53,600 nucleotides of DNA, taken from assembly GCA_900617105.1 (NCBI GenBank), contig UYFQ01000008.1, positions 1-53,600 on the forward strand, in the 5' to 3' direction. Positions 35,779 through 47,710 of the stretch are shown here, one piece after another (within the stretch, counting starts at the first letter, position 1; every line of letters starts with the position of its first letter). A program made the position numbers and the translations under genes. Under the pieces are notes generated by a model. That model had not been told where the DNA came from. It worked only from the letters and a program-made list of their open reading frames with translations, and made no database searches. Origin of the DNA: Hydrurus foetidus. Lineage: Eukaryota.

Positions 35779-38522
35779 AAGATGATTAATTTGAATATCA
35801 GTGACAAGGATCAGTGAGTTGACGGATGTGATGAAACTGACGTTTGAGAGAAGAACGGCGTTGTCTACAACAGTATCTAGAAGAATTCAAATTTGATGAC
35901 GTCACACTCTTCTTTTTCTTTTCGTCTCAGTAAAGACCTTTCTCTTCACACACACATTTGTCACGTGTCACGAATATACGTAGGTACATTCGTCCTTTTC
36001 ATTGATTGTGCATACTTTCTGTTGACTCTTGCAATTCCTCTATTCTTCAACAAAGAATATGTGGCGCTTTGTTTTTCACATTTTCTCCATAGATTCCTTC
36101 TCAGTCAGTATCAACTCTATCCATCCCATTCTTCTTCCCTTTCATAGATGATAATCCTCCCACCCCTCTCTCCGCCCCCGTTCTCTATCCCCTTGAATGA
36201 TCTGTCTCTTCCTGTCCCATACTAACTCGACATCAATTTTCAATCTCAGTCATCGGTGCATATATATTATTATTTGTAATGTCTCATTTGTTTTCTTCGT
36301 ATTTTGATTCCACATTGTCGTTATTCATGGACTAGTATGTGTCAATTGTTACTGTGTGTACCTAAATGTAAACGCTGCTATATTTCCTTCATTTGACTTA
36401 TTTTGACATACCCGCCCATTTATTGATTTCCGTCCGGTCAGGATTTTAGAAGATAATGATTCAAAAAATAAACTGAAGAGATTTTTATATTAAGTATTTT
36501 ATATTGAACTGAACTAAAATTTGGCATTCCATTTGAAATTCAATTTGAAAACTTGATTTGGATAGATGCGGTACAGGGCAGGGCAGTGCAGAAGGAAAGA
36601 GGCTATTTTTCACAAAAACAAAATAAAGTACATTGCTCACTGCCATTGTCTCTGAGAGTCGTGTTGAAAAAGCAGTAAGGAAATGCGATCATACAAGAGA
36701 TGAGAAAATCACACTGAACTTTATCGGAGACAAAAACTAAGTTAAGACGTCAACTGCAATATAACTCGTTCGCTTAAAATGATCTGTAATACGTCGTATT
36801 CAAGATTGCAAGATAGCTTTCACCCCGGAAGGAAGGTGCTCGAAAAGATGTACAGAAAAGATCAGCAAAAAAGATATTATCATTCTGTGGCTTGAATAAC
36901 TGATGGAATGTTTTATTGGAAATTAGATTTACTTGTGTAATCGACAATCTTAATCGAATCACCATCGGTGGATTACGAAAAGTGGTGTGCAACGAAACGT
37001 GATTTTTGACTCCAAAAACACTCATAACTCGCTGGACACTATTCTTTTATCTCTTGACGTGCTGGGAGAGGCAAGAATTGGATTTGAATCTTGAATTGTG
37101 ATCTTAAATGAGATGCAACGATTTATGTGGCAAAATTCTCGTGAGAATTTCGGTTTTATGAATATTTTACGTTTTCTTGACGGAAATCACTGAAATTCTG
37201 CCGCGTAAATTGCTGCATCTCGTTGCTTATCGGTTACTTGCCTCCCCCAGCTCGTCATTGAATATAAAATATGGTGTTCTCTTCGCAATGCCTTTTCAGA
37301 ATAATTTTCGAAATTCGCTGGAAAATGAAACTTGAGAAGTGCCATTCCCAAAATATGTCGATTCCAGAGTATAGCACGCAATTTAATCATTTTCAGAATC
37401 GAAATTTGGATGTGAATTTGTTGGTCTGGTTGCTAGGATTTTTCCAAAACTGTATTTGGATCATTTTTCTGAAATACGTTCATGGGATCAAGAACCACAC
37501 CATGTTCCCTATTGATACTGTAAAGATAAAATGTTTGCAGTTCATCATAAAATCACCCCGCGTGGAACTAGTAAACGTATAATATCAGTAATCTTCTATC
37601 TATTTAACTTAAAGTGCTATAATTTTGTGATTTTCAGAAGTGGTCCTCTCTTATATCGCTGTGGACATCTTACGCATCAACTCAGAAATTTGTCTTAGAT
37701 GGTAAACTATACTTACCATGAAAGACGTACTATTTTAGTCTTTTCCATGCGGTATTTTGTGAGGTAGGTTTGCAGCTGAATACCACTTGTTCAATATGTT
37801 AACATCACAATCATTGTGTGACTGTTGCCACTGAGAGAAAAACTTCGTTGAACTTCAGGTGATTGTTTTCTTAGTACAGTAGCAGGTGCCACGTTGCCCA
37901 ATAACTCGATTTTATCCCGTGCATTTTGAGTGATATCCGATGAAAGGGTTGTTCGTAGTTCGCAGCATAAAATAAAAAATATATTATAGTACCAAAGCAT
38001 AAGCGGAAAAAATTGAACTATTTGTTCAATTTCGATCGATGAGTTGAAAAAATAGTTCAATTTTGAGGAAATTATGTCGGAAATTATGTAGTGCAAAATC
38101 GAAAGTATGTACATAATTTCAAAAAAATTCAACTGTGATTCGATTCCAGACTACGGTCTGGGTCCAGAAATTTTCAAGCCGATGTCGAAGTGTCTTCCGT
38201 CTTCGAGTTTCAAGCTTGGGAGTCCATCAGATATATCTCTCGACAACAAGTACTCTATCGATAAGTCTCACAGTAAAATATGCATGGTTCGGCCTGAAAC
38301 TTCGCGAGTCGTCCTCAGATGGCATCAAATCACTACCATGAAAGCGGCAGCTCACGATGTTGTCTGGAAGAAAAGGCGTGCTTAGCCGATATCGATATCT
38401 CTCGCCAGAAGTCCGCGGCGCATATTTGAGTCATCATGTGGGGTCCTCAATATCTCTATTGGCGCTCAAATTGCTGTCTATTGCTCGATCCGGGAATCTC
38501 CAACCATCTAATCATCATCTAA

Positions 38523-38772
38523 TCTCTTTCCGACTTGGCTCCCCGCAAGGAAACAGGGAAAACTCTGGAAAAATTGTTTTCGCGTCGCCGCCATCACAGT
38601 CCGATGTCAAGAACTGAACTATGCCTGTCTGACTTGTTTTCTCCGCTGTATTCGAGGGTGGCCAACCGATTCTTCGTGCGCTATTCTCTTTTCAACTTGG
38701 CTCCCCGCAAGAAAACAGGTAAAACTCTGGAAAAATTGCTTTCGCATCGCCGCCATCACATTCTAACGTCAA
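38523..38772. repeat. Direct repeat of ~88 bp (38523-38610 and 38685-38772) downstream of the Crypton gene
   Basis: ACTTGGCTCCCCGCAAG.AAACAGG.AAAACTCTGGAAAAATTG.TTTCGC.TCGCCGCCATCACA occurs twice. Confidence 0.9.
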
Positions 38773-38901
38773 TAATTGATCTATCGAATTCACAATCGTA
38801 GGCTTAGCAACTTAGGACAGCCACCAATTGTCCAATCGTAGTGAATTAAGTAGTCAGCAATTTTAAAACTTGACTTGATTAATTTTATTAAATCAATTTA
38901 T

Positions 38902-41016
38902 CTACACTAGGGTAGCCGCAGGAGTAGAACTTCTCTTCTTTTTAGTGGGTAAATAATAAGTTGTGTATAATGTTGTGTAAGAAAAGTTTTCGAGAGGTTT
39001 ACGTTTCAAATTGCCTTCGGACTCATTATCCTGAAATGATGTCGCCATCGAACTGAATGCCACTTTGAATGCGGCATCTCTGTCTGATGAGCTTAAATTG
39101 AGGAAATCTGAGGGTAGGAACTTATCGATCTCAACCACGAGAGCTTTAGCTGAGGAAAGATGCTTTCTGTCGTCTTTATGGACATCTTGTCCGTCGAGAT
39201 ACTTGAACGGTCCGATTCTCTCAGACTTCATGCCCTCATGCCAGAGCTGATACAAGGTTTGCAGCGACATCTTCGTGACCAGTCGGAAACCCTCAGGTAC
39301 TCTTCGCAGCTTTCCGCCGTACGTCCAGGTTAGAGGCAAATCCCTCGTCACTTCTCGTTCATCTGAAGTAGATGAAGCTGAGCTTGCAGCACTCGAGCTG
39401 ACTGTGGCTGAGTTGAGCGACGCTTGCAATATTTCTTGCATGAGAGACTCGAGCTTGTCAAAACGGATGTCTAATACAACAAAATCATACGTCAATAAAT
39501 CAAAGATTGTTATGATTAAGGAGTAGGAGAAATTCTTTAAACAAATATGCTACTAACCTACGGCACTTCTTGGTTCTGCAGCTCTGCTGTTGTTCGTAAT
39601 CGCGGACATGATAGCCAAGCTGCTGTTTTCATGTTGGTTCATGAAGATATGAATAGGTGGCACACCCGTGGCAACCATTCCTGAATGTATGCATCTCATT
39701 CTACAAGGCTCGAGCACAAGGGACTTCAAGCTAACTTGGGCGCCGGATCTCCAACAGCGGCCAAGGAATACTGGATGGTTTGTCGGTAGATTTTCGCTAA
39801 CCCACATGGCATGATGAACGACAGCAGCCACTAGATAAGGTATAACGAGCTGGAAATCGACCGGGTACAAGTCATAATTGGCCACAATGTCAGACCAAAT
39901 AACGTTGGCATCCAGCCTAAATCTTGCTGGTAAAAGTGTGAAATCTAGATCCCCAGGTGGTAGTCCGCATACTGACCTTCCAACCGTCTGATCACCTCCT
40001 GATTCGACAGCGATGTACGCCGGTAAGACTCCACCAAGCTGCCATCCTGCGCGAAGCCAACACGCAATTACGTTACTCAACCCCGGTAGAGATACAACGT
40101 AAGAGGTAGAACCCTTCCTTGTGCAGTGTGACGTTAGATGAGAACCATTTACTCCAACAATAGCGCCACTCGCACCAGCAACTGCTGCTGCACTTCTCAG
40201 CCAAATGTTGATGTTCTCGTCGGTCTTCTTCCCAAGTATGATACTGTCGCAATCTTTGTAAATCTCCCTTGATAACAGGACAATACCAAGTGCTAAGAAC
40301 GGACAAATCTGGGGGCTCGTCGGATTGGAGTACAGTGACTTTTCTGTCGGTTTCTCTCCACTGCGGTCACCCTTGTGTCTAGGGATAACGACGATTATGT
40401 GATCGCCATTCATTCTCAAGTGCTCGTACTTGACATCTCCTGTACTTCCTAGATTAAGAATAAAGGACATTAATCAAATGCTGCTATTTGCAAGCAAGAA
40501 TGAGCGTATACCTGATCTTGTCATCAGATTCCATGCAAGCACCAAAAAACTGTGAGCGTAGAATTTTTCTGATTGTAATGCGAACAATGTCAACTTCTTG
40601 TAATCTTCAAAAGTAACCCTATCGGTTCCAGCTGCAGGCATCAAACCGGCTGAAATATTCTCCGCGATTTTATTTTTATAACCCTTTGCAAATTCGTTCC
40701 ACTCTTCCTCGAAACTTTCTGGAAAAGGACTCTTTAGTCTCGAGAACAAGTTTACGAGCATGGAGTGGTGGCCCTCCGGTGTCGAGTAACTTTTCATATT
40801 GCGCGTGATTGCGTGAATAGATTGTACTGATATGAATTTGCACATGATTTCTGTCGTCACCCGAGAAAGACTTGGAAGGATATCAGTATTTTTATCCCAG
40901 CAGCCAGGACTGTCAGTCTTCAACCAAAGAAAGAACTTTTTTTCCCTTCTTTTGTAATTGTCGATTGTCGCCTTCGACTTACTGCCTGCCTGAATTTCAC
41001 CGAAGAAGTTGTCCAT
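38902..41016 (-). CDS. Crypton-type tyrosine recombinase with GCR1_C-like C-terminus (exons 41016-40512, 40448-39558, 39470-38902; 654 aa)
   Basis: WNLMTRS (catalytic R), HKGDRSG (K), YSNPTSPQICPFLAL, SHCTRKG (HxxR), RAGWQLGGVLPAY (W..Y); C-terminal TWTYGGKLRRVPEGF..LYQLWHEG..GPFKYL. Two GT-AG introns restore one open frame. Confidence 0.88.
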
Positions 41017-41228
41017 AGCAGCAGTATAAGAGGTTCTTCTTCACAAAGTTTGAAATGAGATTACATGACATGATTGTATACTACGCAACGTAGGCTAGAT
41101 CGAGATGTAATTTGATAGGAATATTCCAATTGAAGCTCAACATGCGCAGCACGAACACAAAAGTACTGAGTATGCACGTTTTCAACAGTTGAATTATATT
41201 TTCAATTTTCACTGGAGTAGGTATGCAT

Positions 41229-41430
41229 AATAAAATGTCCGCTTTTCGTGCCCAAAACTTAAAACACCTCGGATCACGTTCAAATTACCCCACACCATAC
41301 TAAAACAACAAAAAATCTGAGGAACCTTCCTCTCTTTTATTTTTAGTATGGTGTGGGGGCAGCTTTCAACCATGCCACACGGACGTTTGAGTTGGATTTT
41401 GGGCATGAAATGAAAAGCAGACATTTTATT
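41229..41430. mobile_element. ~200-bp foldback element
   Basis: AATAAAATGTC.GCTTTTC..GCCCAAAA pairs with ~41396-41430. Inner perfect 18-bp arms CCCCACACCATACTAAAA at 41288-41305 and 41341-41358. Confidence 0.75.
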
Positions 41431-41799
41431 TTTTATTCGACTTCGGTAATACGTGAATTTTGAATTTTCTTGCGTGCTGTTTGTAAGATGTCCGTTGTCC
41501 GTTTCACCGACGGACAAAACCCAAAATTTGAGTTTCGTAAAACTGCCAGAAACCACACGAGTTCGTCCGTTGCACATTTTAAGTTCGAGTTGAAATTTGA
41601 ATGTGATGAGTTATAGTTACACGGATGAGATGAGAGTGTGTTGACGGTTGACGGAGGAGCATTCGGCGTCATCTGTCATCTGTAGTATCGCATGTGACAT
41701 AGGAAACTTCACAAATATTGAAGCGGTCCATAGGGTAACAGCTACTAGCCCATAAGCTGTTGCTTGTTGTCAATCTTCGAGAAATCTCATTTCTCAACT

Positions 41800-44700
41800 A
41801 TGGCTGCGAAAATCCTGGATGGATTTTTTATTGGGGACTCCGAGACGTCGATGGATGCTGAGTTCCTTGACCTCAACAAAATCACTAGATTGGTCAACTT
41901 AGCCGGAATGGAAGTATCCAATATCTTCTCTGGTCGTGGTTTCGCGTACGATACATACAACTGGGAGGATCAACCCGACTACGTTGTTTTCCCCGCGATG
42001 GAAAGGGATCACGCTCTCCGAGAACTAATTGAATTCATCGATGGTTCTCTGCGGAAGGGAATGTCAGTTCTAGTGTTTTCACTCCGCGGAGTTTCGAGAA
42101 ATGTGTTTGCCGCCTGCGCCTACTTGATGTACAAATACAGTTGGGGCTTTGAGAAATCCTATGATTTCGTTCTGTCGAAGAAGAGTGATGTCCAGGTAAA
42201 TCAGGGCTTTGTTCAGCAGCTATTCGCACTCGAGAAACGGCTGCAAATTAAGAGGCACAAGTATCTTCAGAGTAGTACTACCGATGTCCAACAACGTGAC
42301 GCAGAATTCGTGAAAAGAGAACAAATGAGAAAGAAAGATTGGGATCCAATCTATCTTCAAAAATCAGAGTTATCAATCAAAGCGGAATCACATGAGAGCA
42401 GTACAGCAGGCGCAAATGAATTTGACGCGGATGATGAGGGCGATGAGATTTTACTCGTTTATAGTTTTCTAAACAGCAAAAACACATTGACATCCCTTCC
42501 CGGCCCATATCTAAACGCCTATGATGTTCCTAAGAACTTTAGACTGAGATTTCACAGCGTTCTGCAAGAAGAAGGTGTCCACATGTTTCCTTCTTCTCCT
42601 TCTCCTCCTAACGCAAAAGCAAAATTCGGAATTCTGAAGAAAAAGAAGAGCACGAAACCGATCATACCAATTTCAAAGGAGAATGAGCCAATCTACTTAA
42701 CCCCTACAAAAGTCGCATTTAATCCGTCATCAATGCCACTCACGCCACCACCTTCTCAGAACCGTGTTTTAGTTTCAAATCCGTATAGAGATTCCATCAA
42801 AATTACGAAAGGTTCCGCCGCATTCAAAGGAAATAAAGAAATTAATAAAGATATTAAAGATAAGAATGTAGACGTCAGTAAAGAGAACACAGACGTCAAC
42901 GGCGTTGCTAATCTTCCCGTTCCTGCACCCAAAATTAAAGGTACTTCACGGGAAGTTTTACGGGAAATTACGCCAACATCGGAAGGATTAGCCGTAACAC
43001 CCCGTAACTCGAACCCAAATGTTACCGGAGATTCCACACAATCAGAACGAAGACAATCTCACAGTATTTCACAGCAAAATAGCGAAATAGAAAAAGAAAA
43101 ATCATTGGGTACAACGGATGAGCGGAGGAATAGCATGACACCTGAGGATAGATTACGGCATATTGTACAGGATTTAACCGTAACCGGCCCGGGAGGCGTA
43201 CCCCGGGGGGACGATAAGTATGATTTAAAAGGGAGGCTTGGCTTCAGTAAAAGCCACCACAATAATAACAACAACAACAACTCAAACAACGACAACAATT
43301 GCGACCATCGAACTACCTCTAACAGAAACAACAGTTTCAACGGCAACAACAACGGCAATAACAACGTCCCCTCCAATCTCAACTCAAACACAAACACCAA
43401 TTCAGCCGCAAATACCAGTGCCACGCACACTCCCTCCAAAAGCGAACCCAAGAACAGCGCCAGCGGTGTCTCAGTCTTGTTGCGTAGGGATGTCGCTCCT
43501 GAACCTATTGACAGGGGGCATCAGATCAAAGAACAAACAGTCCGCACAATCGCTGTGAAAGATACTGCACCACTTCAGCCTCACCTCCTGTCTACCACAG
43601 CCTATCATCACTACAATCCTCCTGCACAGGAGCCACTGACACTATACGACATCGCTTCCCTCCCTCTTGTCGAGTATACCGAAGCGCCACCTAGAATCCA
43701 AAGTCGAAGTCCAAGTTCTGCTGACATTTATCGATTCGTTAGACCGTGTCCGCGTGACGTAGACGACTACAGAGAAACGTTGAGGATAGAAAGGGCGTTG
43801 AGGGAGAGGGAGAGAGAGAGGGCTAAATTGGAGAAGGAGTGGGAGAGTCAAAATGGACAGAATAATGGCCAAAATCAGAATCAGAATCAGAGAGGGACAA
43901 CATTTACTGGTCCGCCTAGAAGAGTGCCGAATGCGAATGAAAATAAAAATCCAAGGCAGTATGTAGAAGAAAAAGAAGATGTCAGGACTGTTCATGACGT
44001 GGAGAAAGGCAGTGAAAGGAATAGAGAGGAGGCAGCGAGAGATAGGGAGAGGAGAGAGAGAGAGAGACACGAAGAGACAGAGAATCAGTGAGAGATCCTG
44101 ATCGGGAAGATTTGAGAGCACTGGATAGAGACAGAGATATCGAGTGGGAGAGAGAGAGACAAAGGGAGAGAGGAAGAGAGCGTGCCAGAGCAAGGGAAAA
44201 TGTGAGAGAAAGAGACAGAGCTCAACAACTGTACGAACAGCAAAGAAAACAGTCCGTACCAACAGCATCCAAGTACTCGAACAGAAACTCCCTCAGGAAA
44301 AGTTCCCCTGTAAACGATTTAGAAAAAGACACAAGTGATCTTGAAACGTTCCAGAAAAAAGGAAACGAAGCCGCCGTACGCGTACGTTACAAGGCAGTGT
44401 CTCTACCATATACAGAAATCAACACACCCAATAAAAATGCTCGAAAAGCGTGGCAAGAAGACCCGTATAATTCGCGTGGAAATGCATCAAATGATCTTAA
44501 GGGGAAAGCCGAATATACGGTAAACTTGGCCAAGGCCCCCCTGTCAAGCGGCTACGGTGAACGGTCTATCGACCAGAAGATGGAAGGAGAGAGAGAAAGA
44601 ACAACACCACGTACCTATAGGTGCGTGGCAATGTTATTTCCTTGTTTCGGCTTCCGACCCATGAAACTGAACTGTTGTCACACTTTTATTATTGTTTGAT

Positions 44701-45687
44701 ATGATATAGTGTGTTATATTTTTCGCATGATTTATATCTCTATATGTAGGATTTAGAAAGTGTTACCCGTGTTGCACTCACAATACAGTCAAGCTCATCA
44801 TTGCTTTTTATTCACATATATTAAATGATACGATCTAGAAGTAGTTCATTGCATAAGTCGATAATTTCTCGGTTTTTGAATACATTAATCAGCACCGTAC
44901 AATTTTTAATTAAATCATAATTTTTTCACCCGTCCTTCTTTCTTTTTCCCCCTTATTTTCCTCCACATTACTTCTCGAAATACTTTTCTGAAATTCTTTT
45001 TTTTACATACTTTTGTTTCGTAGACATGGTACTCCTCTTAGAGTTGCCACTCGCTCCAACCCTATTCCCGTAAGACCACACGACATCAACCGTGACGCGC
45101 ATCCCTACTACAAATCAAGTACAGCTTCCGAGAAAAGTAGCGAAAAAGGCGGTGCTGTTGCTGTTGCAGTTGCTATCATTAACAGAGCTGTCAGTCCGTC
45201 CCCTATGGGGTTGAGAAATTCCAGAGATTCCGGTCCAGGGTACGGGTTAACTCGAGGCCAGAGTCTAGGGTGCATCCCCAGGGGGATGATTGGGAGGGAT
45301 TACAGCAACACCAGCGACTGTGTCAGGAGAGGATCAGATTTCGAAATTGCAGACTCACCTCACTCCAATTCACATGGACATGATAATAATAATAATGATA
45401 ATAAAAACAATAACAATAACAGTGGCAATTACAATAATTTTAACAATGACGTAAGTAGCACTAACGGTGGTCGCATGCCTGCACGGTCACAGAGCATGTT
45501 CCTTAACTCAGGTCCAGGGTCCGGTCCAAGTTCCAGGGGGGGGACTCCGGTCCGACCACCAAGTCCCGGGGCCCGAAAAGATCTTTCTTCTGCTTCAACG
45601 TCGATCTTTTCCTCTTCTTTTTCCAATCTGAGAAATAGCATTGGACGATGTTCAACACCGAACAGAGGGACGAGTTGGAGGTGGTAG
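41800..45687 (+). CDS. Dual-specificity phosphatase-like protein (predicted pseudophosphatase) with long low-complexity tail
   Basis: ILDGFFIGD..LNKITRLVNLA..FID..VLVFSLRGVSR..AYLMYKYSW..VNQGFVQQL. Apparent frameshift in a GA tract at ~44050-44070; intron ~44621-45023. Confidence 0.8.
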
Positions 45688-47710
45688 ACAAAGAATGTTC
45701 CGTGGCGATTTTTGCTGCTCCGAGAATATTCCTTGAATTTGTGTTGTCTACTCTGATTTACTGTGGCATTATTTGCTACAACGCGTACAGAAAATAAAAT
45801 ACAAATGATGATAAAGACTGTGACAGTGATGATAGTAAATAAGGCACAGAAGTGTAAAACTGGAAATGAAAACATATGAAAAAAAGAGAAAAAAACGATA
45901 ACGGAATATATGTAATTGGTGAGAAGTAAGAAAGGGGAAAAGGAGAACTGTCCTCTAGGAAAATATAAAGTGGAAAAGTATTGAAAAAAAGACAAACATA
46001 ATAAAAGAAAAAATAATGAAAAAAAGAAAAATGTCTTTACAGGGGGAGGAGCTCTTATTAATGATGTACTAAATTCATTCAAAAGAAATCATTAATAAAA
46101 TAGGAAGAAGAAATTCAATTATGAAAGCATTCGAGCAAAATAATTGTTATCAACATTATCATAACAAAACAGCCTTATTAATTTAATTTATTTTGGTGAA
46201 GGGCAATTCCGTGTACCCAGGCAACACAGTCATCACATTTATAAATGTTTTTTCATTTATTCGTTGAGGCATTTTTTCTTATGATAATCGCACAAGTAAT
46301 TTGTGGCAATGGAAAGTAATGAAATTATCATTAAGTTTATTTTTAAGATTTTATTCAACACAATATACGAATTTCACGCAATTATGATTCGTATTTAACT
46401 TACATTAACCTTTAATTGTTTACTTTTAAATTAACATTTTTCATTATTTTTTATGAAGTCAAGCTAGGCAAGCTTGAAATTTTTTTTACGATTTTATGTA
46501 AGTGTAATAGTAATTTAATTTTAAAAAAATCTTCTTTTTTAATGCTAGCTGAGAATTTTTTGGATGAATCCGAATTTGCTGATGAAAACAATTATAATTA
46601 TCTCAACTGGAATATTTTGGAGCAAATTGCGTAGGACACCAAGGTATTAGGAAACCGATATACATCGAAGCAGCTAGAAGAGAAATAGTTGTTCGGTGGT
46701 AACCCACCGTGTAACAATTAAAATTTGAAATGGTCAGATCGAGGCTAAGTGTAGTGACTGCCGAGGAGGCAAGATGGTGAAGATATTTCTTCTCCTATAA
46801 AGTATCACTTTCGATATGAAGTGTAGTGTAGTGGACAGTGGACAGGATACATTGTAAACGAAATCATATCATCGCTGCGGTGCACATGGTGAGATGATCA
46901 AAGTCATCGGTGGTTAACGTTGACACCGAGTGACCCCCGTGCATACAAGATTCTGAATGACCCTTGGGGGCTCAATAAAAAAGAGGGCCATTCAGGGCAA
47001 ATACGAAGTGCCAAGTCACTTCCAAAAAATAATCGAAACATTCTAATAGCGACAATACTCCTGAACTATTTATCAAACTGTGCGATCACTATGACAGGAT
47101 TTATCGGGATCATTATCTATCAAATAACGTTCTCATAAAATCGAAAAAAAAGACTTCAAATTTTATACGCGAGATTTTAATTTGAAATTAATTAAAATAA
47201 TCAGGTACATTTTGAATAAAAATGGTTATTAGTGCTGCAGTATTTGATTTTAGTTTTCCATTCCTACTTTTCTATCTGTTAAATTTGCTGAAACCAAATA
47301 TCTTAAGATCTGTAAAATAATGTAAATCTGTAAATGGTACTATTTTCCCATATTTCGAAATTTTCGAGTTGAAATCGTTCGCAATTGTTTGATATCAAAT
47401 ATGTTTGTACTGTGTAAAAATACTGTACACGTACGCATGAGTAAATAGGTACGTACGTACAGTTGTGCTGAACCATGTATCGCTGAAATGCAAGATGATT
47501 TCATGAATGCGGAGCGTTGAGTATGAGTGTGAGGAATGCGATGACAGACGGTCAAGAGTATCTTATGTGTTAACGAGAAGTGATCTCAGTAAGATAAACA
47601 ATTATATACAAAACTGCTAAACAATGAAGTAGATAAGCTTGCCCTTATTCCACTACGTGAAGATTGAGGGGAAAGTGAACAAGACTATACTGCAGAAGAG
47701 AAAGCGATCA

